A DNA stretch of 57,239 bases from an uncultured Candidatus Saccharibacteria bacterium (GCA_963541395.1 CAUTSQ010000001.1:1-57239); one strand, 5' to 3'. Counted from the stretch's first letter, positions 30,598 to 43,294 are shown. Notes: a model not told the origin generated them from the letters alone. A program made the numbers and translations.

Positions 30598-33312
30598 ATG
30601 GGAAGAGTGAAAGTGGGAAACAAGAAACGAAAAGTAGCTGGCGGCGTCAGCGCTTATGCTAATTTAGCCAATAAACGCCGAGTCAAGAAAGACGCGCGAG
30701 CGCGCAAAAAAGCCGAATATCTGGCAACTTTGCCGAAGCATCCGGTCAAGCGCTTACTATACCGCTTGCATCCGAAACGCCTAGCCAAATACTGGTTTAG
30801 CCGCGACGGCGCAATTATGGCGCTGAAGGTTGTCGGCATAACTTTGCTGCTAATCGTCATCGGGATAGCTTCGCTATTCGCCTATTTCCGCAAAGATCTC
30901 GACAAAATCAACCCTGACACATTGGCGCAGCGCGTTAAAACGACAGTCACCAAATATTACGACCGCAACGACAAATTGCTCTGGGAAGATAAAGGCACTG
31001 GCGACTATACGCTAGTAGTCGACGCCAAAACCATCGCGCCATGCATGGGTAAGGCTACTATAGCTATCGAGGACAAAGATTTTTATAAGCACAGCGGCAT
31101 CAGCGCTAGCGGTATTGTTCGCGCCTTTATCAGCAACTCGCAGGGCAACGCCGTGCAGGGCGGCTCGACGCTAACGCAACAGCTAGTCAAGAAAGTGTTC
31201 TTTACTAAGGACGAAGCTATGCAGCGGGGCTTGTCGGGTATTCCGCGCAAAATCAAAGAGATGATTCTAGCCATCGAGGTCGAACGAATGTACAGTAAAG
31301 ACCAAATCCTCGGCTTGTACCTCAACGAATCGCCGTACGGCGGCCGGCGCAACGGCGTCGAATCGGCCGCGCAAACTTACTTCGGCAAATCATCCAAAGA
31401 TTTAACCTTGCCAGAATGCTCGCTACTAGCCGCTATCCCGAACAACCCGTCGCTTTACAATCCGTACAATACTTACGGCCGCAAAGCGCTTGTCGAACGC
31501 CAGCACAAAGTACTGGACGACATGGTGTCGATGAATTACATATCCAAACAAGAGGCAGCGGCAGCCAAGAAAGTCGACATTATGGATACCATCAAACCGC
31601 TGGCCGACCAATACGCCAACGTCAAGGCGCCGCACTTTGTGCAGATGGTCAAGAAACAGCTAGAGGAAGAGCTCGGCAAGACTATCGTCGGCGAAGGCGG
31701 TTTATCAGTCAAGACAACACTCGACCTCGACGCGCAAACAACCCTAGAAACCAATATAGCCAAATTATTTAACGGCGAGATTACCGATGGTAACTGCGGT
31801 TATCGCAACTGTTCACAATTTGCTGGCTTCTCAAACGGTGCAGCAGCTATTGAAGACACCAAGACTGGCCAGCTTATCGCCCTAGTCGGCAGCCGTGACT
31901 TCAATTATGCTGGCTTCGGGCAGGACAATGCAGCCACCGCTTTCATTCAGCCGGGTTCGTCGATCAAGCCGCTTGTTTACGCCCGCTTATTTAGCAACCA
32001 AGGCGGTAATAACGCCAATTACGGCAGCGGCTCGATTCTAGCCGATTCCAAGACAACTTTCCCGGGCAATTATAGTCCGAACAACGCCGACAACAAATTC
32101 CAAGGCAATATTACCCTGCGCCAAGCATTGGCCCGCTCTCGCAATATTCCAGCTATCAAAGCTATGGCCATCAACGAGAAGAACAACAGCGGCAGCACCT
32201 GGTCGCTGATACGCTCCGCCGGTGATTTGCAGTACTGCACGCAAGGCGCCGACGCGCAAGCTGGTCTATCGAGCGCTATCGGCGGCTGCGGCACGCGCTT
32301 GGTTGACCACGTTAACGCTTTCGCAACACTGGGGCGAATGGGTACTTATAAACCGCAGACGACTATCCTGAAAGTCGCCAACAGCAATGGACAAACCCTC
32401 AAACAATACAAAGAATCTAGCAAGCAAGTCATTGACCAGCAAGCAGCTTACATCGTTAGCGACATCCTTGGCGACAGCAAGGCGCGCGCTGGATTGGCGG
32501 GCCGCGATTACCTAGTCAACCTCGGCCGCGCCGGCGTCAAGGCAGCCGTCAAGACTGGTACCAGCAACAGCGAAATTAATGGCAGAGTCAGCGCCAAAGA
32601 TATCTGGGCTGCCGGCTACACGCCGAACCTATCGATGGCGGTGTGGCTAGGCAATTCTGACACCTCGCCGCTGCGCAATGGCAACTCGCTGATTCCAGCT
32701 ATGTTCTTCGATCGTACGATGGCCGATATCTCCAAGATGTATGCCGACCAAGGTAAACTAAAATTAAGCGACTGGTATACCGCGCCGAGCGGCATCCAGA
32801 CAATCAAGGGAGAGATTTATCCGTCGTATTACAACAAAGCTAGCGCTGCTACCAATGCCAAGATGACTTTCGACCGCGTCTCGAAAAAGAAAGCTACGTC
32901 TTGTACTCCTGAAGCTGCCAAGATTGAAATCGATGTCATGAAAATGGCTGATCCAATCACCAGAAAAGAGATAATCACGCCTAACGACTCTAGCTACGAT
33001 GCTGAGAAAGAGGATGACGCACACAAGTGCGACGATCCGAAGCCGAATGTTACGTTAACGGTGACTAGCGGCGGCGTATCCATCGTCTATACCAGCGGCC
33101 GTTACAAACTACAAAACATCGAATTATTATCTGGCAGTACCGTTGTCGCCAGTAAGCAAGTCGACAGCAGCGGCATCTGGAATATTCATAAAGGCAACCT
33201 GTCAGCAGCCAGTAGCGGCACGCTAACCGCCAAAATTACCGACACTGGCTACTACACGGCGACTAGTAGCGCCAGCTACAATCCAAACAGTAGCAGCGAT
33301 GACGACGATTAA
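30598..33312 (+). CDS. Class A penicillin-binding protein (transglycosylase/transpeptidase)
   Basis: EDKDF, GGSTLTQQL, RKIKE; SSIK, SRN, KTGT. Confidence 0.95.
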   Translation: MGRVKVGNKKRKVAGGVSAYANLANKRRVKKDARARKKAEYLATLPKHPVKRLLYRLHPKRLAKYWFSRDGAIMALKVVGITLLLIVIGIASLFAYFRKDLDKINPDTLAQRVKTTVTKYYDRNDKLLWEDKGTGDYTLVVDAKTIAPCMGKATIAIEDKDFYKHSGISASGIVRAFISNSQGNAVQGGSTLTQQLVKKVFFTKDEAMQRGLSGIPRKIKEMILAIEVERMYSKDQILGLYLNESPYGGRRNGVESAAQTYFGKSSKDLTLPECSLLAAIPNNPSLYNPYNTYGRKALVERQHKVLDDMVSMNYISKQEAAAAKKVDIMDTIKPLADQYANVKAPHFVQMVKKQLEEELGKTIVGEGGLSVKTTLDLDAQTTLETNIAKLFNGEITDGNCGYRNCSQFAGFSNGAAAIEDTKTGQLIALVGSRDFNYAGFGQDNAATAFIQPGSSIKPLVYARLFSNQGGNNANYGSGSILADSKTTFPGNYSPNNADNKFQGNITLRQALARSRNIPAIKAMAINEKNNSGSTWSLIRSAGDLQYCTQGADAQAGLSSAIGGCGTRLVDHVNAFATLGRMGTYKPQTTILKVANSNGQTLKQYKESSKQVIDQQAAYIVSDILGDSKARAGLAGRDYLVNLGRAGVKAAVKTGTSNSEINGRVSAKDIWAAGYTPNLSMAVWLGNSDTSPLRNGNSLIPAMFFDRTMADISKMYADQGKLKLSDWYTAPSGIQTIKGEIYPSYYNKASAATNAKMTFDRVSKKKATSCTPEAAKIEIDVMKMADPITRKEIITPNDSSYDAEKEDDAHKCDDPKPNVTLTVTSGGVSIVYTSGRYKLQNIELLSGSTVVASKQVDSSGIWNIHKGNLSAASSGTLTAKITDTGYYTATSSASYNPNSSSDDDD

Positions 33313-33402
33313 ACCCGCTTCGCATTGCAATAGTTTGCCGCCAATACCCAGCAAAATAGCACGCTCCTAGTAGCGTGCTATCTATATATCGCGCTGGCGA
33401 TT

Positions 33403-34452
33403 TTATTGGTTATTGACGAGATCGATCAAGTCGCTCTCGTGGTCGGGGCGGCGGCGAGTACTCTGGCGCCGGGTCGCTGAGACAGCTGGCTTCAACTGCG
33501 GTTTTGTTTTCGGCGAATTAGCTTTTTTGCTGGCTGGTTTAGCTTGAGTTTTGGTTTCGCCTGATGCCTTTGCCTTGACCAAATCACGGTTGCTAGCACT
33601 GCCAGCTGACGATTGGCCGCGGGCGCGACTGGCAGGACGCTGTTTAGCAATAGTAGTGCTTTTTGCGGAAGTTTTCGATGCTGCTGCGGCTGCGATTTTT
33701 GCCGTTTTTTGAGTTTTACCCGCGGCTTTGGCGGTCGATTTGAGGGGTTTACTAATGGTCTCTATTTTCTTAGCAAAGATCATCCGGCCGGCTGCGGTCT
33801 GCAGATTACGGATAATTTCGACATTTAGCGTCTGGCCTATCTGAGCGCTCGCCTGCTCGACGACAACCATTGTGCCGTCTGGTAGGTAGCCCACGCCCTG
33901 ATGTGCGTCCTGCCCCTTCTGAATAAGCTCTAACGTGATTTTCTCGCCGGGTAGATGCTCCATCCGGATGCTCTGTGCTAATTCGTTAAGGTTTAGTACT
34001 TCGGTACCCTCGACGGCGGCAACCTTGTTTAGATTATAATCTAGCGTCATGATCACTGCGCCGTGCTGCTTAGCTAGCTTGAGCAGGCGGTCGTCGACAC
34101 CTTCGCGAGCGTGGCTGCCGTCTTGCAGCAATTCGACGTTGACACCCTCCATAGCTTGCAGCTCGGTGACCACATCAAGCCCATAGCGAGCACGAGCACG
34201 TTTATCAGCATCGGCGTGGTCAGCTAGAAACTGCAGTTCGCCGATAACCGAGCGTGGAATCACCAGCGTACCGCCGATAAAGCCAGTTTGCGCTACCGGT
34301 ACAATTCGCCCGTCCATCAGCACCGAGGTATCTACCAAGATAGCCCGATCTTTTGATTTGATGGAGTTCTTGGGCAGGCGCGCTAATAAGTACGACACCT
34401 CGCCCAAAATAAGCAGCGTTACCGCCAATAATATTAAGTCTTTGGTTTGCAT
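33403..34452 (-). CDS. PIN/TRAM domain protein (YacL-like)
   Basis: VDTSVLMDGRI, DYNLNKVA, GVGYLPDGTMVVVE, QTAAGRMIFA; basic tail. Confidence 0.9.
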   Translation of the reverse strand: MQTKDLILLAVTLLILGEVSYLLARLPKNSIKSKDRAILVDTSVLMDGRIVPVAQTGFIGGTLVIPRSVIGELQFLADHADADKRARARYGLDVVTELQAMEGVNVELLQDGSHAREGVDDRLLKLAKQHGAVIMTLDYNLNKVAAVEGTEVLNLNELAQSIRMEHLPGEKITLELIQKGQDAHQGVGYLPDGTMVVVEQASAQIGQTLNVEIIRNLQTAAGRMIFAKKIETISKPLKSTAKAAGKTQKTAKIAAAAASKTSAKSTTIAKQRPASRARGQSSAGSASNRDLVKAKASGETKTQAKPASKKANSPKTKPQLKPAVSATRRQSTRRRPDHESDLIDLVNNQ

Positions 34453-34486
34453 ATTTTCCTTTCTTTTTGCCTTGATTGACTATTGA

Positions 34487-35842
34487 CTACTTGAGATAAC
34501 CGATCAAAGCTTGGCGTAAATCTTTGACACCTTTTACAAATGAATTCTTTTTGCCAGAGGTTGCTGGCGCAATCGCTTGGGTGAAGCCAAGCTTTTTGGC
34601 TTCGTTCAGGCGCTTATCGGCGCCTTGTGCCGAGCGAATCTCGCCGCCTAAGCCCACTTCGCCGAATACCACCAGGCCATCGTCGAGTTTACGCCCAGCC
34701 GCCGCGCTAGCAATCGCCATCGCCACCGCCAAGTCTGCTGCCCGGTCGGCGAGCTTCAAACCGCCAACCACATTCACATAAATATCTTTATCGGATAAAT
34801 TCAATTTGGTGCGCTTCTCTAGCACCGCGATGAGCAGATTGAGGCGGTTGAGATCGAAACCGCTGGCTGTCCTCTTAGGATACCCGAAATTAGTCGAGTT
34901 GACAAGAGCTTGGATCTCAACGAGAATCGGACGGTTGCCTTCAAGCGTCGCCAATACCACCGAACCATCGGCGTTTTGGCGCTCGGCTAACAGCGCGGCT
35001 GACGGATTTTCGACGACCCGCAAACCCTTATCGTTCATCTCGAAAATCGCCGCTTCGCTAGTCGAGCCGTAGCGATTCTTGACGGCGCGCACCACTTTGA
35101 AGCCGCCGTAACGGTCGCCTTCGAATTGCAAGACCACATCGACTAAGTGCTCGAGAACTTTCGGCCCGGCGATCGAGCCCTCCTTGGTAACGTGGCCAAC
35201 TAAAATTACCGCTGCACCCGAAGCTTTTGCCGCCCGGATAATGACATTACTTGAGTTGGTAATCTGGCTAACGGTACCTGGCGCGCTGGCGATTTCCTCG
35301 AGACTAAGCGTTTGGATGCTGTCGATAATTACCAATTTATACTGGCCGCTGCGGATTGTTGCAGCAATGTCGTCAGCGCTAGTGCTAGCGACAAACTGCA
35401 GATCATCGCCAGAGGTCGCACCTAGGCGCGTAGCGCGGAGCTTAACCTGAGAAGCGCTTTCCTCGCCGCTGACATATAGGACCGATGATTGCTCAGCAAC
35501 ATACGCTGCTACCTGCATCAATAGTGTCGATTTACCGATACCCGGCTGCCCCACTAACAGCATTACGCCTGCCGGCAGAATCCCGCCGCCTAGCACTGCG
35601 TCGAGGTCGGCGATACCGGTCGGCAAACGCTTCACTGAATCCTCGGCAGCGATTGAACGCATCGACTGCGGCTTTAGAATCTTACCGCGCGAATGGCTGC
35701 GCGCTACCGCCGAAGCGTCCTTGGTTTCGACTATCTGTTCGACGAGCGTGTTCCACTCGCCGCAATTCTCGCACTTGCCCGTCCATTTCGGATAGCTGGC
35801 GCCGCAATTTTGGCAGACGAAATTACTGCGCGCTTTGGCCAC
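34487..35842 (-). CDS. radA: DNA repair protein RadA/Sms
   Basis: C4 zinc finger, GQPGIGKSTL, KNRYG, Lon-like C-terminus. Confidence 0.97.
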   Translation of the reverse strand: MAKARSNFVCQNCGASYPKWTGKCENCGEWNTLVEQIVETKDASAVARSHSRGKILKPQSMRSIAAEDSVKRLPTGIADLDAVLGGGILPAGVMLLVGQPGIGKSTLLMQVAAYVAEQSSVLYVSGEESASQVKLRATRLGATSGDDLQFVASTSADDIAATIRSGQYKLVIIDSIQTLSLEEIASAPGTVSQITNSSNVIIRAAKASGAAVILVGHVTKEGSIAGPKVLEHLVDVVLQFEGDRYGGFKVVRAVKNRYGSTSEAAIFEMNDKGLRVVENPSAALLAERQNADGSVVLATLEGNRPILVEIQALVNSTNFGYPKRTASGFDLNRLNLLIAVLEKRTKLNLSDKDIYVNVVGGLKLADRAADLAVAMAIASAAAGRKLDDGLVVFGEVGLGGEIRSAQGADKRLNEAKKLGFTQAIAPATSGKKNSFVKGVKDLRQALIGYLK

Positions 35843-36845
35843 TATTTACTCCGGCCGGCGCGGCTACGCCGTTGATGCTTTGATTGAGCTGATCGGCTTT
35901 AACGGCCAAGCTTTTGAGAGTTGCCACATCGTCATTGTAAGCTTTAATCCGCGAATTGAGCGAACCCTGCCGAGCATTGATAGCACTAATTCGCCGCTGC
36001 AATGCCGAACGCGCCACTGCGAAATCAGCTTGCGAACTAAACTCACCGCTCCTAGCCCGCTCATTAAAACTATTAATATCAGCGTTAATTTGCGATAAAT
36101 CGGACTGATAAGTTTCGACATCTTGTTTGATTTGCTTAGCGGCTGACTGCAGCTTGGATTGCAACGCTTCAGCCCGGGCGTTGACTCGGGTAAATACTGC
36201 CGTGTAAGCTTGATTTTTGGCGATAATTGACGCTCGATCAGTGAAATAACGCGCATAATACTGTTCAAGGTCGGAATCAAGCTCGCCAATCGTGGTACCG
36301 ATAATCGAATGTAACTCATCTAGTTCGGCGCCTGGCTCGGCCTCGCGGTAGTATTCCATAGCTTTGGCAATTTCCGGATCATTTTTGACCTTTTGATAAG
36401 CCTTTTTGATCATAGCGTCGACTTTAGGCCGCTCGAAGATATTCAGCCGTGCATACTGGGCGTGCAGCAATTCGTGCGCTGCTGTTACTTCTTTGGCGCC
36501 AGCTAATTCGGCATTTTCGACGTCAAAAAGATAAATCTTATCGCCATAATAGCAGCCCAAGATTGCTGCGGTACGTTCGGTACTTTTGCAATGAGTATTG
36601 AACTGGTCGCTGGCCTCGATAGCTGGCTGAGTTGCTCGGAAGGTGCGCTGCGCCGCCGGAGTCAGCTTGATTGAATCTTCAACCGCGGCAACAGCTGCCG
36701 GCGGCGTGAAAGTCGACGCTCGATAAGTATCAAAGGCTGTCTGCCCGTAGAAAAAACCGCCAGCAGCAATACTTATCACTGCCAACAAAGCGATGATTTT
36801 CGAGACGATATTACGTCTGGCTATCGGTTTCGCTGCGCCGTTCAA
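35823..36845 (-). CDS. Exported protein with HExxH motif and C-terminal coiled coil
   Basis: Signal/TM segment, AAHELLH, DELHS; TTG start after AAAGGAG. Confidence 0.75.
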   Translation of the reverse strand: MNGAAKPIARRNIVSKIIALLAVISIAAGGFFYGQTAFDTYRASTFTPPAAVAAVEDSIKLTPAAQRTFRATQPAIEASDQFNTHCKSTERTAAILGCYYGDKIYLFDVENAELAGAKEVTAAHELLHAQYARLNIFERPKVDAMIKKAYQKVKNDPEIAKAMEYYREAEPGAELDELHSIIGTTIGELDSDLEQYYARYFTDRASIIAKNQAYTAVFTRVNARAEALQSKLQSAAKQIKQDVETYQSDLSQINADINSFNERARSGEFSSQADFAVARSALQRRISAINARQGSLNSRIKAYNDDVATLKSLAVKADQLNQSINGVAAPAGVNSGQSAQ

Positions 36846-39291
36846 TCGCTATCGCTCCTTTCTTGATCCCTACTTCTAGAATATCACCTTTAGCATAGGC
36901 GCCGTCAAGTACTTGCTCAGCAATAGCATGCTCAACCTCGTCCTCGATGACACGGCGCAGCGGACGGGCGCCGTATTTAATACTGTAACCCTTGTCGATA
37001 AGGAATTTTTTGGCACTAGGTTTAATCGTAAGGGCCAGGCCTTTGCGCACCAAACGCTGGCGCAGCTCGCCGATCAGCGGGTCGAAAATTTTGCCGACCT
37101 CGGCGCGAGTCAACGCTCGGAAAGTGATAATCCCGTCAAAGCGATTAATCAGCTCGGGGCGCATAAACTTATCGAGAGCATCGCGAGCAAATTTAGCGTT
37201 GCGGCGGTGCAAATCGTCAATTTCGCTGCTTTTGTCGCGGCTAGAATGAAAGCCGAGTTCCGACTCTTTGGTCATCTTGTCGGCGCCGAGATTGCTAGTC
37301 AAGATGATAATCGTATTGCGAAAGCTAACTTCGCGCCCCTTAGCATCAGTCATCGTCCCATCTTCCAGTAGCTGCAGCAACAGGTTGAATACGTCTGGAT
37401 GCGCCTTTTCAATTTCGTCAAAAAGCACCACGCTGTACGGCTGGCGGCGAACTTTGTCAGTCAATTTACCGCCGTCCTCGTAACCGACATAACCAGCTGG
37501 CGCCCCGAGCAGGCGCGATGTATTATGCTTCTCGCCGAATTCGCTCATATCGATTTTGATAAGCGCTTCTTCGCTACCGAAAACTTCTCGTGCCAACACT
37601 TTAGCCAGCTGCGTTTTGCCGACACCAGTCGGCCCCATGAAGACGAAACTGCCAATCGGTCGCTGGCTGCTAGCCACACCGCTACGGCTGCGGCGGATTG
37701 CACGCGCTACCTTACCGATAGCCTCGCGCTGGCCAATGACGTACTTGCCGAGATGCTTTTCGAGCTGGCGCAGCAACTTCGCTTCGCTAGTCTGGACTTT
37801 TTCGACTGGAATATTGGTCATCACAGCGATAGCATGCGCCACATCGTCATCAGTTAGCTGGATAGCGCGGCGGCCTTTTTGGGCAGCAACTTCTGTCTCG
37901 AGCTTTTTACTAATCTGGCTAATGCGCTGTTTGTACATAGCAGCTCGCTGGTAATCTTCGTGCAGGACAGCGTCCTCCATGCGCTCATTGAGGTGCTTGA
38001 GCTCTTTGAGATATTCGCGCTCGCGGCTTGGGCGGTGGCCTCGCTTGACGCGAACTCGGGCAGCTGCCTCGTCGAGCACGTCAATCGCTTTATCAGGCAT
38101 GAAACGGTCGCTGACGTAGCGGTCGCTCATATACACTGCTGATTCGATCACTTCGTCGGTAATTTTGACGCCATGATGCTTTTCGTAATAATTTTTAAGA
38201 CCTTTCAAAATAGCGATTGTCTGCGCCATAGTTGGCTCTTTGACGACGATCGTCTGGAAACGCCGTTCTAGGGCCGTGTCTTTCTCGATATGTTTGCGAT
38301 ATTCATCGAGAGTCGTCGCGCCAATCATGTGCAGCTCGCCGCGCGCCAACGCCGGCTTGAGGATATTCGCCGCATCCATCGAGCCTTCCGAGGCGCCAGC
38401 GCCAACCAGCAGGTGCAATTCATCAATAAAAAGAATAATATTACCCTGCTTTTTGACTTCAGCGATTACCTTTTTCAGCCGATCCTCGAATTCACCGCGA
38501 TATTTAGTACCGGCAATCATCGCCGCCATATCTAACATAACCACGCGGCGATCTAGCAAATGGCCTGGTACGTCCTCGCGAACGATCCGCTGCGCCAGCC
38601 CCTCAACGATGGCGGTTTTGCCAACGCCTGGGTCGCCAATCAATACTGGATTATTCTTGGTGCGGCGGCTAAGGATAGTAATCATTCGCTCTAGCTCTTT
38701 GTCGCGGCCAATCATCGGGTCAAGTTCGCCGTTAGCTGCCCGCGCCGTCAAATCCACGCCAAAGGCGCTAAGCGCCCCGCCGCGCGTATTGCCGCGGCGC
38801 CGCGGCTCGGTAGCAATATCGCCATGTTCGCCGCGATTCTCTTCGAACGACTTCTCGAGTTCGCTGATTATCATATCGACGTTGATACCCATTTCGCGCA
38901 GCAGTGCTGTCGCTCGGGCATTACCTTGTCGCAAAACACTGTATAGAATGTGCTCTGTACCGAGATAATCATGGCCATACTCGCGCGCCGCTTCCCACGC
39001 CATGCGCAATGTCAACAAGGCCGTCTCGCTAAGGCCCACCATGCCAGTACTAGTAACCACTCGCGACGGTTTGATATCCAGAATCATTTCAGCTTGTTGC
39101 AAGGTTACGCCAGCATCAGTCAATACTTGCGCCGCCGAGCTCGACCCTTGCGCCAAAACGCCGAGCAGTAAGTGCTCCGTCCCAATGTAATTACTACCGT
39201 TACCGCGAGCAATCGCGTCAGCATGCTGGACGCTAGCGCGCGCGTTGTCGGTCAATCGCGAAATAAAATCTGCAAAGTCTTCTGGCATCAT
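36811..39291 (-). CDS. clpC: ATP-dependent Clp protease ATPase ClpC
   Basis: Two Clp-N repeats (GTEH), [11 protein letters not shown]-like middle domain, GPTGVGKT; start MMPEDF after GGAG. Confidence 0.95.
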   Translation of the reverse strand: MMPEDFADFISRLTDNARASVQHADAIARGNGSNYIGTEHLLLGVLAQGSSSAAQVLTDAGVTLQQAEMILDIKPSRVVTSTGMVGLSETALLTLRMAWEAAREYGHDYLGTEHILYSVLRQGNARATALLREMGINVDMIISELEKSFEENRGEHGDIATEPRRRGNTRGGALSAFGVDLTARAANGELDPMIGRDKELERMITILSRRTKNNPVLIGDPGVGKTAIVEGLAQRIVREDVPGHLLDRRVVMLDMAAMIAGTKYRGEFEDRLKKVIAEVKKQGNIILFIDELHLLVGAGASEGSMDAANILKPALARGELHMIGATTLDEYRKHIEKDTALERRFQTIVVKEPTMAQTIAILKGLKNYYEKHHGVKITDEVIESAVYMSDRYVSDRFMPDKAIDVLDEAAARVRVKRGHRPSREREYLKELKHLNERMEDAVLHEDYQRAAMYKQRISQISKKLETEVAAQKGRRAIQLTDDDVAHAIAVMTNIPVEKVQTSEAKLLRQLEKHLGKYVIGQREAIGKVARAIRRSRSGVASSQRPIGSFVFMGPTGVGKTQLAKVLAREVFGSEEALIKIDMSEFGEKHNTSRLLGAPAGYVGYEDGGKLTDKVRRQPYSVVLFDEIEKAHPDVFNLLLQLLEDGTMTDAKGREVSFRNTIIILTSNLGADKMTKESELGFHSSRDKSSEIDDLHRRNAKFARDALDKFMRPELINRFDGIITFRALTRAEVGKIFDPLIGELRQRLVRKGLALTIKPSAKKFLIDKGYSIKYGARPLRRVIEDEVEHAIAEQVLDGAYAKGDILEVGIKKGAIAIERRSETDSQT

Positions 39292-39343
39292 TAGTTCTCC
39301 GTTCTGAGCGTATTGCCCATTGCAGCCAATTATACACAACAAA

Positions 39344-39370
39344 TTAGCACTCGTCAAGGCAGAGTGCTAA
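39344..39370. promoter_or_regulatory. CIRCE operator over the clpC -35 box
   Basis: TTAGCACTCgtcaaggcaGAGTGCTAA; - strand TTGACG-17bp-TATAAT. Confidence 0.92.
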
Positions 39371-39392
39371 TTTACTAAACTCTTCGAGGAGT

Positions 39393-40508
39393 CTAATCTT
39401 GATTTTCGATAGCGCTAAACAAATCTTCCTCAACGTTCTTGCGCGGTTTTTTCTCGGCTGATTTCGGCGCTGTGGTCTCGATATTCAATTCGTAGCCAGT
39501 CAGGCGGCTCGCCAAACGCACATTTTGCCCGCCGCGGCCGATAGCGATTGATTGCTGGTCTTCAGTAACGTAAACATTGGCGGTTTTTTTGTCCTTATCA
39601 ATCTCGACTTTAACAATCTCAGCCGGGCTAAGAGCATTGCGGATATACGTGTCTATATTATCATCATAAGTAACGATATCGATTTTCTCTTGCTCGCCGA
39701 TTTCGCTCATCACCGCATTGACGCGCGCGCCGTGACCGCCGACGAACGTTCCGACCGGGTCAACGCCTGGCACCGTGCTAGCAACCGCTAGTTTAGTGCG
39801 GCGGCCAGCTTCGCGGGCGATACCTTTGATCTCGACGGCGCCAGTTTCCATCTCAGGTACTTCTTGGCGGAAGAGATATTCGATAAAGTCCTCGCTGCCG
39901 CGGCTGAGAATCAGCTGCGGGCCGCGGCCTTCGCGTTCGATGTCTTTGATTAGTACTTTGATCCGCGAGCCAATTTTGTAAAACTCGCCTTGAATCTGCT
40001 CGCTCTGCGGGATAATACCGGTGGCCTTGCCTAACTCGACACGCACCACGCGCGGCTCGACACGCTGCACCATACCGGTAACGACCGTGCCGATTTTGTC
40101 TTCGAACTCTGCCAGAACAACTTCGCGCTCGGCTTCGCGCAGGCGCTGCATAACGACTTGCTTGGCAGTCTGGGCGGCCACTCGGCCAAAGGACTTAACT
40201 TCATGAGCTTCCTCGACAGTATCCCCTAACTGAGCATCTGGCCTCTCTGCCTGAGCATCCGCCAAGCTGATTTCAGTGGCCGGATTGACAACATCCTCTA
40301 CGACTTCGCGCTGGACAAACACCTTGGCGGTACCATCGTTGATATTGAGTTCGGCGCGCACATTTTGCTCGCGCTCACCATTATCGCGGCGCCAGGCAGC
40401 AGCGATTGCCTGCTCGATTACGTTTAATACGGTTTCTTCGGGCAACGCCTTTTCATCAGCAATCGCCCGCACCGCTAGCGTCAACTGCTTGATATTCAAA
40501 TCTTCCAT
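39393..40508 (-). CDS. nusA: Transcription termination factor NusA
   Basis: FGRVAAQTAKQ, S1 and KH domains, AREAGRRTK, AIGRGGQNVRLA; start MEDLN after AAAGGA. Confidence 0.97.
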   Translation of the reverse strand: MEDLNIKQLTLAVRAIADEKALPEETVLNVIEQAIAAAWRRDNGEREQNVRAELNINDGTAKVFVQREVVEDVVNPATEISLADAQAERPDAQLGDTVEEAHEVKSFGRVAAQTAKQVVMQRLREAEREVVLAEFEDKIGTVVTGMVQRVEPRVVRVELGKATGIIPQSEQIQGEFYKIGSRIKVLIKDIEREGRGPQLILSRGSEDFIEYLFRQEVPEMETGAVEIKGIAREAGRRTKLAVASTVPGVDPVGTFVGGHGARVNAVMSEIGEQEKIDIVTYDDNIDTYIRNALSPAEIVKVEIDKDKKTANVYVTEDQQSIAIGRGGQNVRLASRLTGYELNIETTAPKSAEKKPRKNVEEDLFSAIENQD

Positions 40509-40637
40509 ATAATTCCTTTCTTTTAGTTCCAATACGAAAACAACCGACCTGCCGGCCGGATGAGTACGTATTTAATATAACACGCGAGAGCTGGCGTCGT
40601 CAAGGCCAGCAGTGCAATACAAAAATATTTCACAAAG

Positions 40638-40685
40638 AGTTGAGTTGGGGACGGGACGGCGAAATAAATCGCACATCCCGCCCCG
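40638..40685 (-). repeat. Conserved 3' hairpin, second cassette family, copy 1
   Basis: agttgagttggggacgggacggcgaaataaatcgcacatcccgcccc, homologous to 51900-51947. Confidence 0.8.
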
Positions 40686-40689
40686 CACC

Positions 40690-41115
40690 TCATGCGTCTG
40701 TGCCCGGGCTCTCTGGGCTCTCTGGGGAATATCCCTCACGGGGTCCCCAGGCCTGATCTGGCAGGCTCAGTTGTGTTTCCGCCATCTTAACGAGGGCAGA
40801 GATTTTCTGGCTCTGCGCCCTACGAATCCACAGCCTGGAGATCCAGGCCAGAACCCTGAGCCTGTACTCTGCGGCGGCGAGTATCGCCGCCACCGTGTAG
40901 GCGGCCAGCGCCGCCCATGCAGCAGCCTCATAATTTTTATAAACGCTGCCATGACGAACGGTCGCAGAGTACAGATAAATCACGGTAAACATCACTCCTA
41001 AGAGTGACGCGTGGGTGCTCCCCACTCTCCGCTGCCGCCACAGGGAGGCGGTGAGAAAGATAGACAGGACCATAGCCGAAAGGCTGGCCACTACAGTGAG
41101 CATGAGCATAATCAT
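40690..41115 (-). CDS. Orphan membrane protein (cassette-like)
   Basis: TTGACG-17-TATAAT promoter, three-hairpin leader, GAGAGG SD, about 3 TM segments. Confidence 0.65.
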   Translation of the reverse strand: MIMLMLTVVASLSAMVLSIFLTASLWRQRRVGSTHASLLGVMFTVIYLYSATVRHGSVYKNYEAAAWAALAAYTVAAILAAAEYRLRVLAWISRLWIRRAQSQKISALVKMAETQLSLPDQAWGPREGYSPESPESPGTDA

Positions 41116-41204
41116 ACCTCTCTGATATAATTGAGGTGCGGCCTATCCAGACCGCTACCTCGGACGCATGCGGACTTTCCGCGCGTCAGGCAGCCTTTAT
41201 CTGA

Positions 41205-42566
<1,362 letters not shown>

Positions 42567-42612
42567 AACAGAGCTTCACCACAATCGAACGCCGCCGAGA
42601 CAAGCCAAGCAA

Positions 42613-43281
42613 CTAATTCACCAGGTATTTCGCTGGTTGCTCGAACGTATCCAATTTTTCATACTTTTTCACGCGGTCAATCAAGCGCATCGTCAGCGGC
42701 GAGACCATAATCTCTACTGCCATCTTGATCAAAAACACCGTGACGATAAGCTGCCAAAAGCTGGTCATCGGCATAGTCCCAGCAAAAGCAATTGTCGAGA
42801 AGATCGCCGTATCTAGCGCGTTACCCGCCAATGAGCTGCTAACCATCCGCCGCCACAAACCGCGGCCGCGGCTAGCAACCTTCATCCGTCCCATTACGTA
42901 AGCATTCATGATCTCGCCGACGAATAGCGCCACTACTGAACCGATAGCCAACCGCCAGACTACACCTAACGTCGATTCAAACGCCGCCTGGCCCGTCCAG
43001 CTACTATCTGCCGGCAATAATTGCACCACCCAAAAAGTCAACGTCATCAGCATCAAGGCCGCCACACTGCTATAAATCAGCCGGCGCGTCCGGCGATAAC
43101 CATAAACCTCAGTGATTATATCACCCACGATATACGCTAGCGGAAACAAAACCGTACCAGCATCAAAAGTCAGCCAGCCAACAGATACAATTTTGACGCT
43201 GACAATATTACTAACCAATAGTGTCGTTACAAAAAGTACCGTAAATATATCATAGAGAGAATACTGGTGTTGCTTTGTCAT
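42613..43281 (-). CDS. Queuosine precursor transporter (VUT/YhhQ family)
   Basis: SNIVSVK, FPLAYIVGDIITEVYG, LDTAIF; adjacent to tgt. Confidence 0.88.
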   Translation of the reverse strand: MTKQHQYSLYDIFTVLFVTTLLVSNIVSVKIVSVGWLTFDAGTVLFPLAYIVGDIITEVYGYRRTRRLIYSSVAALMLMTLTFWVVQLLPADSSWTGQAAFESTLGVVWRLAIGSVVALFVGEIMNAYVMGRMKVASRGRGLWRRMVSSSLAGNALDTAIFSTIAFAGTMPMTSFWQLIVTVFLIKMAVEIMVSPLTMRLIDRVKKYEKLDTFEQPAKYLVN

Positions 43282-43294
43282 ATCTTAGATTATA

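Noticed and set aside
38240..38968. Long antisense ORFs such as this 242-aa one and many others in the track
   Set aside because: Shadow frames opposite well-supported genes, with no motifs or start signals
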